Shown here: piece after piece, positions 25,575-34,700 of the stretch
Position numbering within the stretch: position 1 is the first letter of the stretch
How the letters are laid out: each line of letters starts with the position of its first letter
Origin: an uncultured Bacilli bacterium
Lineage (GTDB): Bacteria; Bacillota_I; Bacilli_A; RF39; UBA660
Reading direction: 5' to 3'
Assembly: GCA_944372025.1 (NCBI GenBank)
Contig: CALVYE010000002.1
Span: 1-41,122, forward strand
DNA length: 41,122 nt
The notes under the pieces: generated by a model
Database searches by the model: none
What the model was told of the DNA's origin: nothing
What the model saw: only the letters and a program-made list of their open reading frames with translations
Position numbers and translations under genes: made by a program

Positions 25575-27083
25575 TTATTTATTTAATGTTTTCTTTAAAA
25601 CTTTTTCAGTAGATTCTTTCTCAATTGAATAACCATTTTCGTATACAGTAGGATTTAAATACTTTGCATAGTATTCTTCTAAACATAAATTTTCTTCAAC
25701 CATTTTTGTAGCAACATCAATTCCTACATATCTATATACCCAAGGTTGATATTCTCTACGAGTGATAAATTTTTTATCTTCAGGGAATCGTTCTACAAAG
25801 CCATATTTATATGCATTATTTTTCAACCAGTTATACATTTCATTATATCTTTGTTGATAAATTAGGTTGCTATTATAATTTTCTTGTTCCTGTTCTGTTA
25901 AAGCCCTATAATTGTTCACTATATATTCATACATAATATTTTCGCTATACATCAAAGATATTGTTAATCCCGTTCTAAATTCTGAACAATTTGGATTAAT
26001 ACTGTAGTCAAATGCATATTTTTCAAGAGTCCCCTGAGGTATTCTAGTCATTCCTTCAAATCTATATGAATATAATTCGGATGACGCTTGATTATAGTTT
26101 AAATAATTTTCATATGCTCTCAAATTGTTAGGATGTTCACCAGTTTCAAGATTATAAGCATTAGACATATTAGTATATTGCTCTTCGGCTTCTTTTCTTA
26201 AAAACGCCGATGTAGGTGAAATTCCGCCAGTAGGTGCATATTTGTGTTCGACAAGATCCTTTGGTTCATAATCTTTTGGTATAGAATTATATCCATTTAC
26301 TAATACTGTCATACTGTCCAAATTAGTAGCTGGTTCTACATCCTTAGGATCTGCTTCATAATGAGATAGTCCATTATAAGTGATATCTCCTTCTTTATTA
26401 TTTACTGTAACTAAAATGTATTCTCTATCCAAATCCATATTAACATCCATAATAACTTGTTCAATAGATAATTCTGGATGTTGTTTTCTGTATTCTACAT
26501 ATCTTTTTGTATCTTTTGGATTATAGTTTACATCTAATACATGACTTATTACTTCTTTTTCAATTTCATCTAAGGTGCTTTCTTCTTTTTCTATTGTTAC
26601 TGTTTGTTCTTTATCATTCCATTCTACTTCTGCACTTAACGTCTCTGCTACTGCTCTTAAGGGTATCAATGTTCTATCATTTAATATTGTTGATGCACTA
26701 TCAAATGTTTTTGTTTCACCATTTAAATCAAAAGTGTTTGTTCCTATTGTATGGGTTAATACATCTCCTTCTTTTGTTAGTGCCATTACTTTATTTTCAC
26801 TATTATTATAATATATTATACATCCCATGCTTTCAAATACTTTTCTAAATGGTACTAGCGTTCTATCATTTACTAAGATTGGCTTTTGGTCAAATTCTAT
26901 TTTCTCTCCATTATAATATACTTCTATTTCTTCTTGTGTATTTGTTTTATTTTGTCTTATATTATTTGCGCTTACATAATTGTTTTCTTTTGCTAATACT
27001 ATGCTGTTACTCCCTAGCAGGATTGTTCCTGCTACTACTATACTTCCTATTTTTTTCATTATTTCTTTTTTTTCTTTCTTCAT
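25575..27083 (-). CDS. Secreted protein with a copper-amine-oxidase-N-like (stalk) domain and a degenerate VanY/M15B D-Ala-D-Ala carboxypeptidase-like domain
   Basis: Signal peptide. LVNDRTLVPFRKVFE and LNDRTLIPLRAVAE repeats. The C-terminal half aligns with the 29951-31105 VanY-like protein, but with SEH changed to SEF, D to S, and WH to WV. AGGGGAG RBS precedes the ATG at 27083. Confidence 0.6.
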   Translation of the reverse strand: MKKEKKEIMKKIGSIVVAGTILLGSNSIVLAKENNYVSANNIRQNKTNTQEEIEVYYNGEKIEFDQKPILVNDRTLVPFRKVFESMGCIIYYNNSENKVMALTKEGDVLTHTIGTNTFDLNGETKTFDSASTILNDRTLIPLRAVAETLSAEVEWNDKEQTVTIEKEESTLDEIEKEVISHVLDVNYNPKDTKRYVEYRKQHPELSIEQVIMDVNMDLDREYILVTVNNKEGDITYNGLSHYEADPKDVEPATNLDSMTVLVNGYNSIPKDYEPKDLVEHKYAPTGGISPTSAFLRKEAEEQYTNMSNAYNLETGEHPNNLRAYENYLNYNQASSELYSYRFEGMTRIPQGTLEKYAFDYSINPNCSEFRTGLTISLMYSENIMYEYIVNNYRALTEQEQENYNSNLIYQQRYNEMYNWLKNNAYKYGFVERFPEDKKFITRREYQPWVYRYVGIDVATKMVEENLCLEEYYAKYLNPTVYENGYSIEKESTEKVLKKTLNK

Positions 27084-27160
27084 TTTTTCTCCCCTATCTT
27101 TTTTCAAAGGATAGTTTTATCATTAGAAGAATACTGCTGTTATCTAGTAGGTTTTTTTAC

Positions 27161-28219
27161 CTAACTATCGCTTTGTCTACTTATTATAGTTATTTTTTCT
27201 GTTTTGTCAAATTTTGGTTTTTGGTGTTTAGCAAGTTCTTTAATGCTTTCAACTGATAATCCTGTTATGTTAGAAATTAAATTAATATCTAAATTATTAG
27301 AAATCATATTTTTGGCGATTTCTCCTTTTTCTTGATTTATTCCTTGATTTATTCCTTTTATCATTCCCTGTTCTATTCCTTGTTTTATACCCTGCTTTAT
27401 TCCCTGTTTTATACCTTCATCAATACCTTGTTCTAAGCCTTCTTCTATTCCTTTTTTAATACCTTCATTAAACCCTTCTTCTTTTGCTTTTTGTCTTTCG
27501 AAACTTAAAATACTTGCTCTTACTTTTCTCTCATGAAGTTCTCCATCATATAGTCCTATAATATGTTCATCATTACTTAGTCTCTCGACTTCATTTACTA
27601 AGCTTTTACCTATTTCTCCCATATAATAACTCCTTTTTTCTATCTCTTCTAAATTTGTAGCTTTCAAAATTTTTACCCATATATTTAACTTTTCTTTTAT
27701 AGTTTCATTGTAGCACATTTTATTTATATAATCTATATCTATGTGATGGATTTCTAAGTTTTCTGTAAGTAAATTTTTACCTTTGGAATCATATAATTTA
27801 TATATTACTTTTTTTCTTTTATTTTTTGTAACACTAAAGTTATTGAAATTAATTTGTATACACTTTTTTGTTTTGTTATATTCATCATCGGTAATAAATT
27901 GCTCTGAAAAAATTTTACAAATATACGCAGTATTTCTTTCGATTAATCCAGGATAATTTCTATTAGCGTTCATTTCTAAATTTATTATTTCTTTCTCATT
28001 TAATTCTATAATTACATCTACACTTTTCTTTTTATCTTTTTTATTATTTTTAATTAACTCACTATTTAATATTTTTATTTTACCTTCTAAGTACTCGTAA
28101 TCCATATTAAAATAATCACTCAAAAATTGAGTTAAAATTTTTATATTTTTTTCGTTTCCGAAAAGTGCTTTAAACATAAAATCATATGTTAAAGGTATTA
28201 TTTGTTTTTCTTTTATCAT
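27161..28219 (-). CDS. Rpn-family recombination-promoting nuclease / putative transposase (PD-(D/E)XK, YhgA-like)
   Basis: N-terminal PLTYDFMFKALFG and VDVIIEL...INLEMN core motifs typical of the family. C-terminal tetrapeptide-repeat region. AGGAGG RBS present. Confidence 0.65.
   Translation of the reverse strand: MIKEKQIIPLTYDFMFKALFGNEKNIKILTQFLSDYFNMDYEYLEGKIKILNSELIKNNKKDKKKSVDVIIELNEKEIINLEMNANRNYPGLIERNTAYICKIFSEQFITDDEYNKTKKCIQINFNNFSVTKNKRKKVIYKLYDSKGKNLLTENLEIHHIDIDYINKMCYNETIKEKLNIWVKILKATNLEEIEKRSYYMGEIGKSLVNEVERLSNDEHIIGLYDGELHERKVRASILSFERQKAKEEGFNEGIKKGIEEGLEQGIDEGIKQGIKQGIKQGIEQGMIKGINQGINQEKGEIAKNMISNNLDINLISNITGLSVESIKELAKHQKPKFDKTEKITIISRQSDS
27332..27481 (-). repeat. Coding 12-nt periodic repeat (about 12 copies of x-G-I/L-x: GIKKGIEEGLEQGIDEGIKQGIKQGIKQGIEQGMIKGINQGINQ)
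   Basis: Read from the translation, approximately aa 247-296 of the Rpn-like protein. Confidence 0.7.
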
Positions 28220-28415
28220 GATAATCCTCCTATAAGAAAGGTTATCATGTTATAATTTATTAGTAAAATTTTACTTTTTAAATATTTAATGAATTTCTGA
28301 TTTAAATGCTAAAATTCATCAAAGTAAATTTATAATATTTAATATGTATTTTATAACAATTTATAAATTTTACATATTTTTAACTAAATGTTATAATTAT
28401 TTTGGAGGTTAAAAG

Positions 28416-28832
28416 ATGAAAAAAGCAATATTGAGTTTATGTGTATTAGTTGTAGGAATACTTTTTATAACAGGATGTTCAAAAAATGGTTTAGTAGAAA
28501 TTGACTATAAAGAATTTAAAAATTTAATAGATAACAAAGAAAGTTTTATTCTGTATGTTGGAAGTACTGATTGCCATAACTGTTCTGAATTTACTCCTAA
28601 ATTTGAAGAAGTTTTAAATGAGTATAATATTGATAAAGCTAAAATAATAGAAATAGATAAACTTAGTGATGATGATAGAAATGAATTTAATAAAATAATA
28701 AATGTATCGGGAACACCTACTGTAGTTTTTATTGAAGATGGACAAGAAAAATCTATGACTAATAGAATAAATGGTAATGTAGATAAAGAAAAAATAATAT
28801 CTAGGTTTAAATCAAATGAATATATAAAATAA
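28416..28832 (+). CDS. Thioredoxin-fold lipoprotein (CxxC = CHNC)
   Basis: Lipobox ITGC. YVGSTDCHNCSEF and a later GTPT motif are typical of the thioredoxin fold. GGAGG RBS present. Confidence 0.6.
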   Translation: MKKAILSLCVLVVGILFITGCSKNGLVEIDYKEFKNLIDNKESFILYVGSTDCHNCSEFTPKFEEVLNEYNIDKAKIIEIDKLSDDDRNEFNKIINVSGTPTVVFIEDGQEKSMTNRINGNVDKEKIISRFKSNEYIK

Positions 28833-28860
28833 GAAAGTTCTAAGTTAAATGAACTTTCTT
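28831..28860. terminator. Bidirectional hairpin between convergent genes
   Basis: AAGAAAGTTC / GAACTTTCTT 10-bp stem with a 10-nt loop. Overlaps both stop codons. Confidence 0.55.
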
Positions 28861-29365
28861 ATTTTGTTATATAATCTTTTCCTTTAAAGGTATCATATAA
28901 AAGTAAATCATTAAAGTTTTGTTGTCTTAAGGCTTCATATATCATTATTGCTACTGTATTAGATAAATTTAAAGCACGTATTTTATCATTAGTCGGAATT
29001 CTAAGACACTGTTCAAAATTTTCTTTTAATATTTCTTTTGGAATTCCTGTGCTTTCTTTTCCAAATACAAAGTATATATTTTCGTTAGGGTTAGAATAAT
29101 CAAAGTCAGTGTGTTTTTTATTTCCGTAACGACTTAGAAAATAAAATGTCCCTTTGTTTGATTTTAAAAATTCTTCATAATTTTTATATACAGTATAATC
29201 ACAATTTTCTATATAGTTAGCTCCACTACGTTTTACACTTTTCTCATCTAAAGAAAAGCCAAGTGGTTCTATTAAATGTAATTTAACATCTGTCCCTGCA
29301 CATGTTCTCATAATATTACCAGTATTCATTGGTATTTCAGGTTCATATAATACAATGTTTATCAT
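28859..29365 (-). CDS. trmL: tRNA (cytidine/uridine-34 2'-O)-methyltransferase TrmL (SpoU/TrmH class)
   Basis: 168 aa. IVLYEPEIPMNTGNIMRTCAG...LHLIEPLGF is diagnostic of TrmL/YibK/CspR. Confidence 0.8.
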   Translation of the reverse strand: MINIVLYEPEIPMNTGNIMRTCAGTDVKLHLIEPLGFSLDEKSVKRSGANYIENCDYTVYKNYEEFLKSNKGTFYFLSRYGNKKHTDFDYSNPNENIYFVFGKESTGIPKEILKENFEQCLRIPTNDKIRALNLSNTVAIMIYEALRQQNFNDLLLYDTFKGKDYITK

Positions 29366-29862
29366 TTTAAATATTCATACTCCTCTAGTAGTTGAATTAT
29401 TAAATCATTATTAATGTTATTTTGATCATCACTATTTAATATATCAGTAAATTTAGAGTTTTTTAATATGGCAATACTAGGTACGTTATCATTTAGTTTT
29501 ATTCCACTTTCATTGAAATCTTTTTCTATACTTGAAAGATTTGATAAATCGGTAACATTTAAAAATACGGTTTCATCTTTAAGTTCATTATCATCTATAA
29601 TTTTATATAATTCTTTTTCTAATTTTATACAATTTTTACAATTAGTTTTACCTATGTATACAATAAGATTTGGATTTTCTATACTAAAATTTTTAAATTC
29701 TTCATAGTTAAGCTCATTTATATATTTAGAAATATATGAATTATCTAGTTCATTTTGTTTATAAGCTTTATACCATGAATTCAAATATAAAACTACTAGT
29801 ATAGTCGCTATAACAATAACTGCATAAATTATATAATTTTTCTTAGGTATTTTTCTATCCAT
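29362..29862 (-). CDS. Membrane-anchored thioredoxin-fold protein (CxxC = CKNC)
   Basis: N-terminal TM helix. YIGKTNCKNCIKLE is paralogous in architecture to the 28416-28832 product. ATGA overlap with trmL. Confidence 0.5.
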   Translation of the reverse strand: MDRKIPKKNYIIYAVIVIATILVVLYLNSWYKAYKQNELDNSYISKYINELNYEEFKNFSIENPNLIVYIGKTNCKNCIKLEKELYKIIDDNELKDETVFLNVTDLSNLSSIEKDFNESGIKLNDNVPSIAILKNSKFTDILNSDDQNNINNDLIIQLLEEYEYLK

Positions 29863-29950
29863 AAGTACCACCATCCTATTATTATTTTAACATATCAATT
29901 AATCATTGTAAATTATTATATTTTAATTTATAATTAATTTGGTGAAATAT

Positions 29951-31105
29951 ATGAATAAGAAAAAAGTCATAATTATTATAATAGTTATATCATTTATTAT
30001 ACTCAGTATAAGTGGTATTCTATTATTTGATTATATAAATAATAAAGAAGATACAAATAAGTCAAATACAAATATTTCTAATGTTGAAAGTCTTCAAAAA
30101 CTAGGTTATTCTAAAGAGTCGATTGAACAACTGGAAAAATTGGATATACTTGACAAAGTTTTAAAAAATGAATATTCAAAAACATTAGATGTTGCATTAA
30201 GTTCTAATAAATTTAAAAGTGAATACTTAGATTTATATTTGAATGTTGAATATTTAGATAAAGAAGACTTTATAGATAAAATTAATGCTTTAAATGACAA
30301 AGGATATACAATTGAGGAAATTAATTTTATATTATCAAAAATTAATTATGAAGATATTACATATATTTTAGAATCAAACTATATAGAAAATATTAAGGAT
30401 TATTTAAACATTGAAAACATGGATATTCAAAAATTAAGAAGATATATTGATTACTACAATAATAATTCAAGCAAAGATTTAAGATCAGTAATAAATTATG
30501 TAAATATGGATATGGACAAAACTCCTTATGTAGATTATAAGACTGTGGAAGATCCCAATAATATATTGGTATTAGTAAATAAATATAATAAACTTGCTGA
30601 TGATTATAAACCTGATGATTTAGAGAGAATTAATACTAATTATTCAGTACGAAACTTATATTTAAGGAAAGAAGCAAAGGAAGCATTTGAAGCTTTATGT
30701 AGAGATGCAAGTTCTTTAGGATTAAGTATACGTGCGATTTCAAGCTATCGTACTTTTGATTATCAAAAAGGTTTATATGATAATTATGTTAGTGTAAATG
30801 GTGTAGAAGAAGCTGATACATATTCAGCACGACCTGGATTTTCAGAACATGAAACAGGACTTGCAACCGACGTTATGGGAAGCAATGGTAATTATACAAG
30901 ATTTGCTGAAACTAATGAATATACTTGGGTTGTAAATAATGCACATAACTATGGTTTTATAATTAGATATCCAAAAGATAAAGAAAATATTACGAAGTAT
31001 ATGTTTGAATCTTGGCATTTAAGATATGTAGGGAAAGATGCAGCAACATATATGTATGAAAACAATTTATGTTTAGAAGAATATTTAGCATCTAAATTAA
31101 AATAA
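29951..31105 (+). CDS. Membrane-anchored D-alanyl-D-alanine carboxypeptidase (VanY / peptidase M15B), catalytic motifs intact
   Basis: SYRTFDYQ, GFSEHETGLATD and ESWHLRYVG motifs. N-terminal TM helix. ATG at 29951 after GGTGA. Confidence 0.75.
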   Translation: MNKKKVIIIIIVISFIILSISGILLFDYINNKEDTNKSNTNISNVESLQKLGYSKESIEQLEKLDILDKVLKNEYSKTLDVALSSNKFKSEYLDLYLNVEYLDKEDFIDKINALNDKGYTIEEINFILSKINYEDITYILESNYIENIKDYLNIENMDIQKLRRYIDYYNNNSSKDLRSVINYVNMDMDKTPYVDYKTVEDPNNILVLVNKYNKLADDYKPDDLERINTNYSVRNLYLRKEAKEAFEALCRDASSLGLSIRAISSYRTFDYQKGLYDNYVSVNGVEEADTYSARPGFSEHETGLATDVMGSNGNYTRFAETNEYTWVVNNAHNYGFIIRYPKDKENITKYMFESWHLRYVGKDAATYMYENNLCLEEYLASKLK

Positions 31106-31106
31106 A

Positions 31107-31150
31107 AAAAAGTCACTGGTTTTTTAAAACCCAATGACTTTTTTATTTTT
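31107..31150 (+). terminator. Rho-independent terminator
   Basis: AAGTCACTGG / CCAATGACTT stem with one mismatch, followed by a T-run. Confidence 0.55.
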
Positions 31151-31180
31151 TTGACCTTTTTTACCATGTATAGTATTTTT

Positions 31181-31534
31181 TTAAATCCATCTCGCACTTT
31201 CTACTTCTGAACCGTCAAACTTTGATGATAATTCGATTAATTTCATCGTAACTTTATATGTATAATATTTTGTATTTTTATCTATTTCATGTAGTTTAGG
31301 TTTTAAAAATTGTCTAAATCTATAATCATCTACATACTTTGATAAAGCATTATCTAATTCTCCTAAAAATTCAATTTCTTCTTTGCTTTCCATATCAATA
31401 TTATCTATAAGTTTTATATAGAAATTTATCATTGTTTCTGAGAAAGTATCTCCTTCAAAAAATTCATATGAATTAATTTTTTCATAGTTAGGACATATTT
31501 CTAATAATCTATTTAATCTAGTTTTAGTATCCAT
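31181..31534 (-). CDS. Hypothetical cytoplasmic protein
   Basis: Open frame with an AAGGAGAG RBS. The second ATG, at 31534, is better spaced from it. I recognised no family. Confidence 0.4.
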   Translation of the reverse strand: MDTKTRLNRLLEICPNYEKINSYEFFEGDTFSETMINFYIKLIDNIDMESKEEIEFLGELDNALSKYVDDYRFRQFLKPKLHEIDKNTKYYTYKVTMKLIELSSKFDGSEVESARWI

Positions 31535-31555
31535 TATCATCTCTCCTTTTATATA

Positions 31556-32596
31556 CTACTGAAATATTCTTAAGATATCATTAAAGGTTACCAGAATCAT
31601 TAATCCTATCAGTAAGAAAAATCCTATTGAATGAATTACATTTTCTAGTTTTGCATCTATTGGTCCACCTTTAATTTTTTCTATTATTAAGAATAATATT
31701 CTTCCACCATCAAAAGCGGGAAAAGGAATAAGATTTATAAATCCAACGTTAATACTTAAAAATGCAATTAAATATAAAATACTACTAAATCCTGCTTTCG
31801 CACTATCACCAATTATAGAATATATACCTACAGGTCCAGATATATTACCTAATGAAACTTTCCCTGTAAATAATCCTCCAATTACTGTAATCATCGATTC
31901 TGTTAAAGATACTAGTTTTGACGATGCATATTTAATAGATGAAAAAAATCCATACTGTTTTGTAGGATCCATCCCTACTCCAAAGTAATATGTTGTTTGG
32001 CCATCTACTTCTTTCTTATCAGGTTTAATATTTATATTTTCAGTTTTCCCATTTGCTTTTTCAACTTCAAATTTTACCACTTTATTTGAGTCAACTAATT
32101 GTAATTTCATAATTAATTCATCCCAATTGCTAACTCTTTTACCATCGATACTTAGGATTCTATCTCCTACTTCTAATCCTGAATCATATGCAGCAGATTC
32201 TTTATCTATTTGACCTACTAAAGTTGAAGTTGATGGTGCTCCATAACATAAAGCTATTAAAAACAATAATACAAATGCTAAAATAAAATTGAATAATGGT
32301 CCTGCAAAAATAGTAAGAAATCTTTGTAACCATGTTTTACTTTGCATTCTTTTTTCTTTAGGTATTTTTTTGTCGACCTCTACTTCTTCGCCAGCCATTG
32401 AAACAAATCCCCCAAGTGGTATTAAACGAAGACAGTACTCAGTTTCACTTTTAAATTTTTTACCAAAAATTTTAGGACCCATACCAATAGAAAACTCATA
32501 ACAATATATACCTGCTTTTTTAGCAAATATAAAATGTCCTAGTTCATGTATAAAAACTATTACTCCTAAAATTATAACAAAATATAATAATGTCAT
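31556..32596 (-). CDS. rseP: RIP site-2 metalloprotease RseP/RasP
   Basis: HELGHF zinc motif, a PDZ segment, and NLIPFPAFDGGRI (the NxxPxxxLDG motif). Confidence 0.85.
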   Translation of the reverse strand: MTLLYFVIILGVIVFIHELGHFIFAKKAGIYCYEFSIGMGPKIFGKKFKSETEYCLRLIPLGGFVSMAGEEVEVDKKIPKEKRMQSKTWLQRFLTIFAGPLFNFILAFVLLFLIALCYGAPSTSTLVGQIDKESAAYDSGLEVGDRILSIDGKRVSNWDELIMKLQLVDSNKVVKFEVEKANGKTENINIKPDKKEVDGQTTYYFGVGMDPTKQYGFFSSIKYASSKLVSLTESMITVIGGLFTGKVSLGNISGPVGIYSIIGDSAKAGFSSILYLIAFLSINVGFINLIPFPAFDGGRILFLIIEKIKGGPIDAKLENVIHSIGFFLLIGLMILVTFNDILRIFQ

Positions 32597-32611
32597 ATAT
32601 GTTTTTTCCTC

Positions 32612-33412
32612 CTATAATAATGTAAACACTAATACAAAACCTAATAAAACAAAGATTAAACTATCAAATCTATCAAGAATTCCCCCATGACCAGGTATTA
32701 TATTAGAAAAATCTTTTTTATTATAATATCTTTTTATACTGCTAAATACTAAGTCTCCAACTTGACCAAGTAGTGATAATCCTGTAACAATAACTGCAAG
32801 ATAAAATGCTCCTATATTAGTACCAATTACTTGATAATAAAACATACTACTTATCAAAACTCCAAAGAATGTTCCACCAAGTAATCCTTCCCATGTTTTT
32901 TTGGGAGAAATTTTTTCGGCAAGTTTAGTTTTGCCAATATAATATCCTGTTATATATGCAAAGGTATCAGTTAACGTTGTTATAAGAACTAAGAATAATA
33001 AATATAACAAATCATAATTTCTAACTAAAATTACAAGATTAAATGCTGTTCCTAAGAAAGCAATAGTACCAATTAAGTACATAGCATCATTAATATTATA
33101 TTTTTTATTATCATTTATAATTACTATTGGTATTAACATTGAAAATAATAATAATGCAATAATTTTATAATCTAGTAGATATTCAAATATCATAGAACCA
33201 TTATTATTTAAAATTAAGGCAGTTATTAAAATATATGCTAAAAATTTTATAATAAATGGAAATTCTTTTTTCGTTTGCCTTATATCAATCATTTCTTTTA
33301 ATGCAAGTAGACCTAAAATTAAAGCTGTTATTTTAAATATTGTACCACCAATAATACTTACTGGAATAACAATTAAAAGCATTACTATCGCACTTATAAC
33401 TCGTTTTTTCAT
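32612..33412 (-). CDS. cdsA: Phosphatidate cytidylyltransferase CdsA
   Basis: Polytopic protein with the signature SSIKRYYNKKDFSNIIPGHGGILDRFDS. AGGAGA RBS precedes the ATG at 33412. Confidence 0.85.
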   Translation of the reverse strand: MKKRVISAIVMLLIVIPVSIIGGTIFKITALILGLLALKEMIDIRQTKKEFPFIIKFLAYILITALILNNNGSMIFEYLLDYKIIALLLFSMLIPIVIINDNKKYNINDAMYLIGTIAFLGTAFNLVILVRNYDLLYLLFLVLITTLTDTFAYITGYYIGKTKLAEKISPKKTWEGLLGGTFFGVLISSMFYYQVIGTNIGAFYLAVIVTGLSLLGQVGDLVFSSIKRYYNKKDFSNIIPGHGGILDRFDSLIFVLLGFVLVFTLL

Positions 33413-33494
33413 CTTATCTCTCCTAACTATCATTAATCTAATTATAGTATAAAAATCGTAAAAAGAAAATAAAAACCTTCAAAGTTTTGGAAAT

Positions 33495-33523
33495 AATTAA
33501 AAAATCTAGATAAACTAGATTTT
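33495..33523 (-). terminator. Hairpin terminator after the pilin genes
   Basis: AAAATCTAG / CTAGATTTT stem with a 5-nt loop and a T-rich tail on the minus strand. Confidence 0.5.
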
Positions 33524-34685
33524 ATTGTTTTGTAATTCTTGCATATCCATTTCCAGAATGACCTGTTTCATTTTCACCATCTGGTGATGCAAATGTGGTG
33601 TTTCCTGCATATGTTGAGGCACTAGTAAGATAGTAAGAACTATTTAATAAACATCCACTTGGACAGTTGCTTGCGGTTGAAGAAGTGTAGATATATCCAG
33701 ATCCTCCTCCCCCACCAGCACCATTTGTTCTACCAGCGGCTCCGCCGTACCAGCCACCGCCGCCTCCTCCACCAGAAGAAGAGCTTGCTGATCCTCCAGT
33801 TCCAAAACTACCATTTAGAGTTGATGATGCAGAATTAGTTCCAGCACTATTAATAGTTCCACCAGAACCATTTTTTTGAGACGATCCTTTATAAGTTGTT
33901 GCTGAAGTACCAGAGGTACCTCCTCCTACGCCTCCAATTGAAGAGTATGATGATTCTCTGCTCCATGCACAAGCACCACCACCACCACCTCCAACTAAAA
34001 CTCTAGAATATAAAGAGTCTTGGGCAATACGTATGTCAGATGCACCACCACCACCACCACATAATACATTGCTTTGAGCTCCTGTGTAAGATTTGCCACC
34101 GCCTCCAAAAGCATTTGAAGAGTATGTTTGTTCATCGCTTACACTTTGACCTTGACCGCCAACATAAATATATAAAATAGTTCCAGCATTTAATTCTATT
34201 TCTCCTTTAGAATATCCACCATTTCCACCGTGGGCATTATCGGAATGATCTCCACCTTGAGCTCCCCATACTTCTAATTTATATGTACCTGTTTCTGGTA
34301 TTGTAAATTTTTGTACAGAGCCTGTATAAGCAAAATTAAAAATATAGTTACCATTAGAATCTGGAGCTGATACAATATAATTATTATTATTCTTAATTAT
34401 ATGAATAAGTGCAGTTCTGTTTTCTATTCCTTCTTTATCATCTATGTATCCGTCATTAATCAAGTCTTGAATAGAAACAGAACATCCGTTTTTACAAGTT
34501 GAAAGATTATCTGCTGCATAGGCTCTTGCAGCATCATTTATTAATTCTTCTTGAATTTCAGTTGCTTTATTTTTTGAATTGTTTAAAGTTCTTTCAACTG
34601 CAACTACCGAGATGGTTGCTAAAATGCCCAAGATTGCAATAACAGCTAAAAGTTCTACTAATGTGAATCCTTTTTTATTCTTCAT
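33522..34685 (-). CDS. Type IV prepilin-like protein fused to a glycine-rich (Gly_rich / ALK-LTK GRD-like) domain
   Basis: MKNKKG|FTLVELLAVIAILGILA class III signal with Glu at +5. The C-terminal FAYTGSVQKFTIPETGTYKLEVWGAQGG...GGGGGASDIR...VGGGGGGA...GGGGGGGWYGG matches the glycine-rich protein family pattern. Confidence 0.7.
   Translation of the reverse strand: MKNKKGFTLVELLAVIAILGILATISVVAVERTLNNSKNKATEIQEELINDAARAYAADNLSTCKNGCSVSIQDLINDGYIDDKEGIENRTALIHIIKNNNNYIVSAPDSNGNYIFNFAYTGSVQKFTIPETGTYKLEVWGAQGGDHSDNAHGGNGGYSKGEIELNAGTILYIYVGGQGQSVSDEQTYSSNAFGGGGKSYTGAQSNVLCGGGGGASDIRIAQDSLYSRVLVGGGGGGACAWSRESSYSSIGGVGGGTSGTSATTYKGSSQKNGSGGTINSAGTNSASSTLNGSFGTGGSASSSSGGGGGGGWYGGAAGRTNGAGGGGGSGYIYTSSTASNCPSGCLLNSSYYLTSASTYAGNTTFASPDGENETGHSGNGYARITKQ
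34633..34679. repeat. 47-nt perfect direct repeat, copy 1 (5' end of the pilin gene; partner at 35002-35048)
   Basis: ATTGCAATAACAGCTAAAAGTTCTACTAATGTGAATCCTTTTTTATT is identical at both sites. Confidence 0.85.
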
Positions 34686-34700
34686 AATGACAACCTCCGA

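Noticed and set aside
26507-27256. Three plus-strand ORFs (26507-26848, 26575-26811, 26849-27256) with Leu/Phe-rich translations.
   Set aside because: They are antisense to the degenerate VanY-like gene and to the Rpn gene 3' end. Their composition is artefactual.
27161-28219. Calling the Rpn-like gene an insertion sequence or mobile element.
   Set aside because: I saw no terminal inverted repeats or target-site duplication flanking the gene. Rpn-family genes are usually stand-alone nuclease genes.
30949-31197. 82-aa minus-strand ORF overlapping the 3' end of the VanY-like gene and its terminator. The ORF at 30106-30300 is similar.
   Set aside because: It overlaps a gene with intact catalytic motifs and spans a terminator hairpin. 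It has no RBS.
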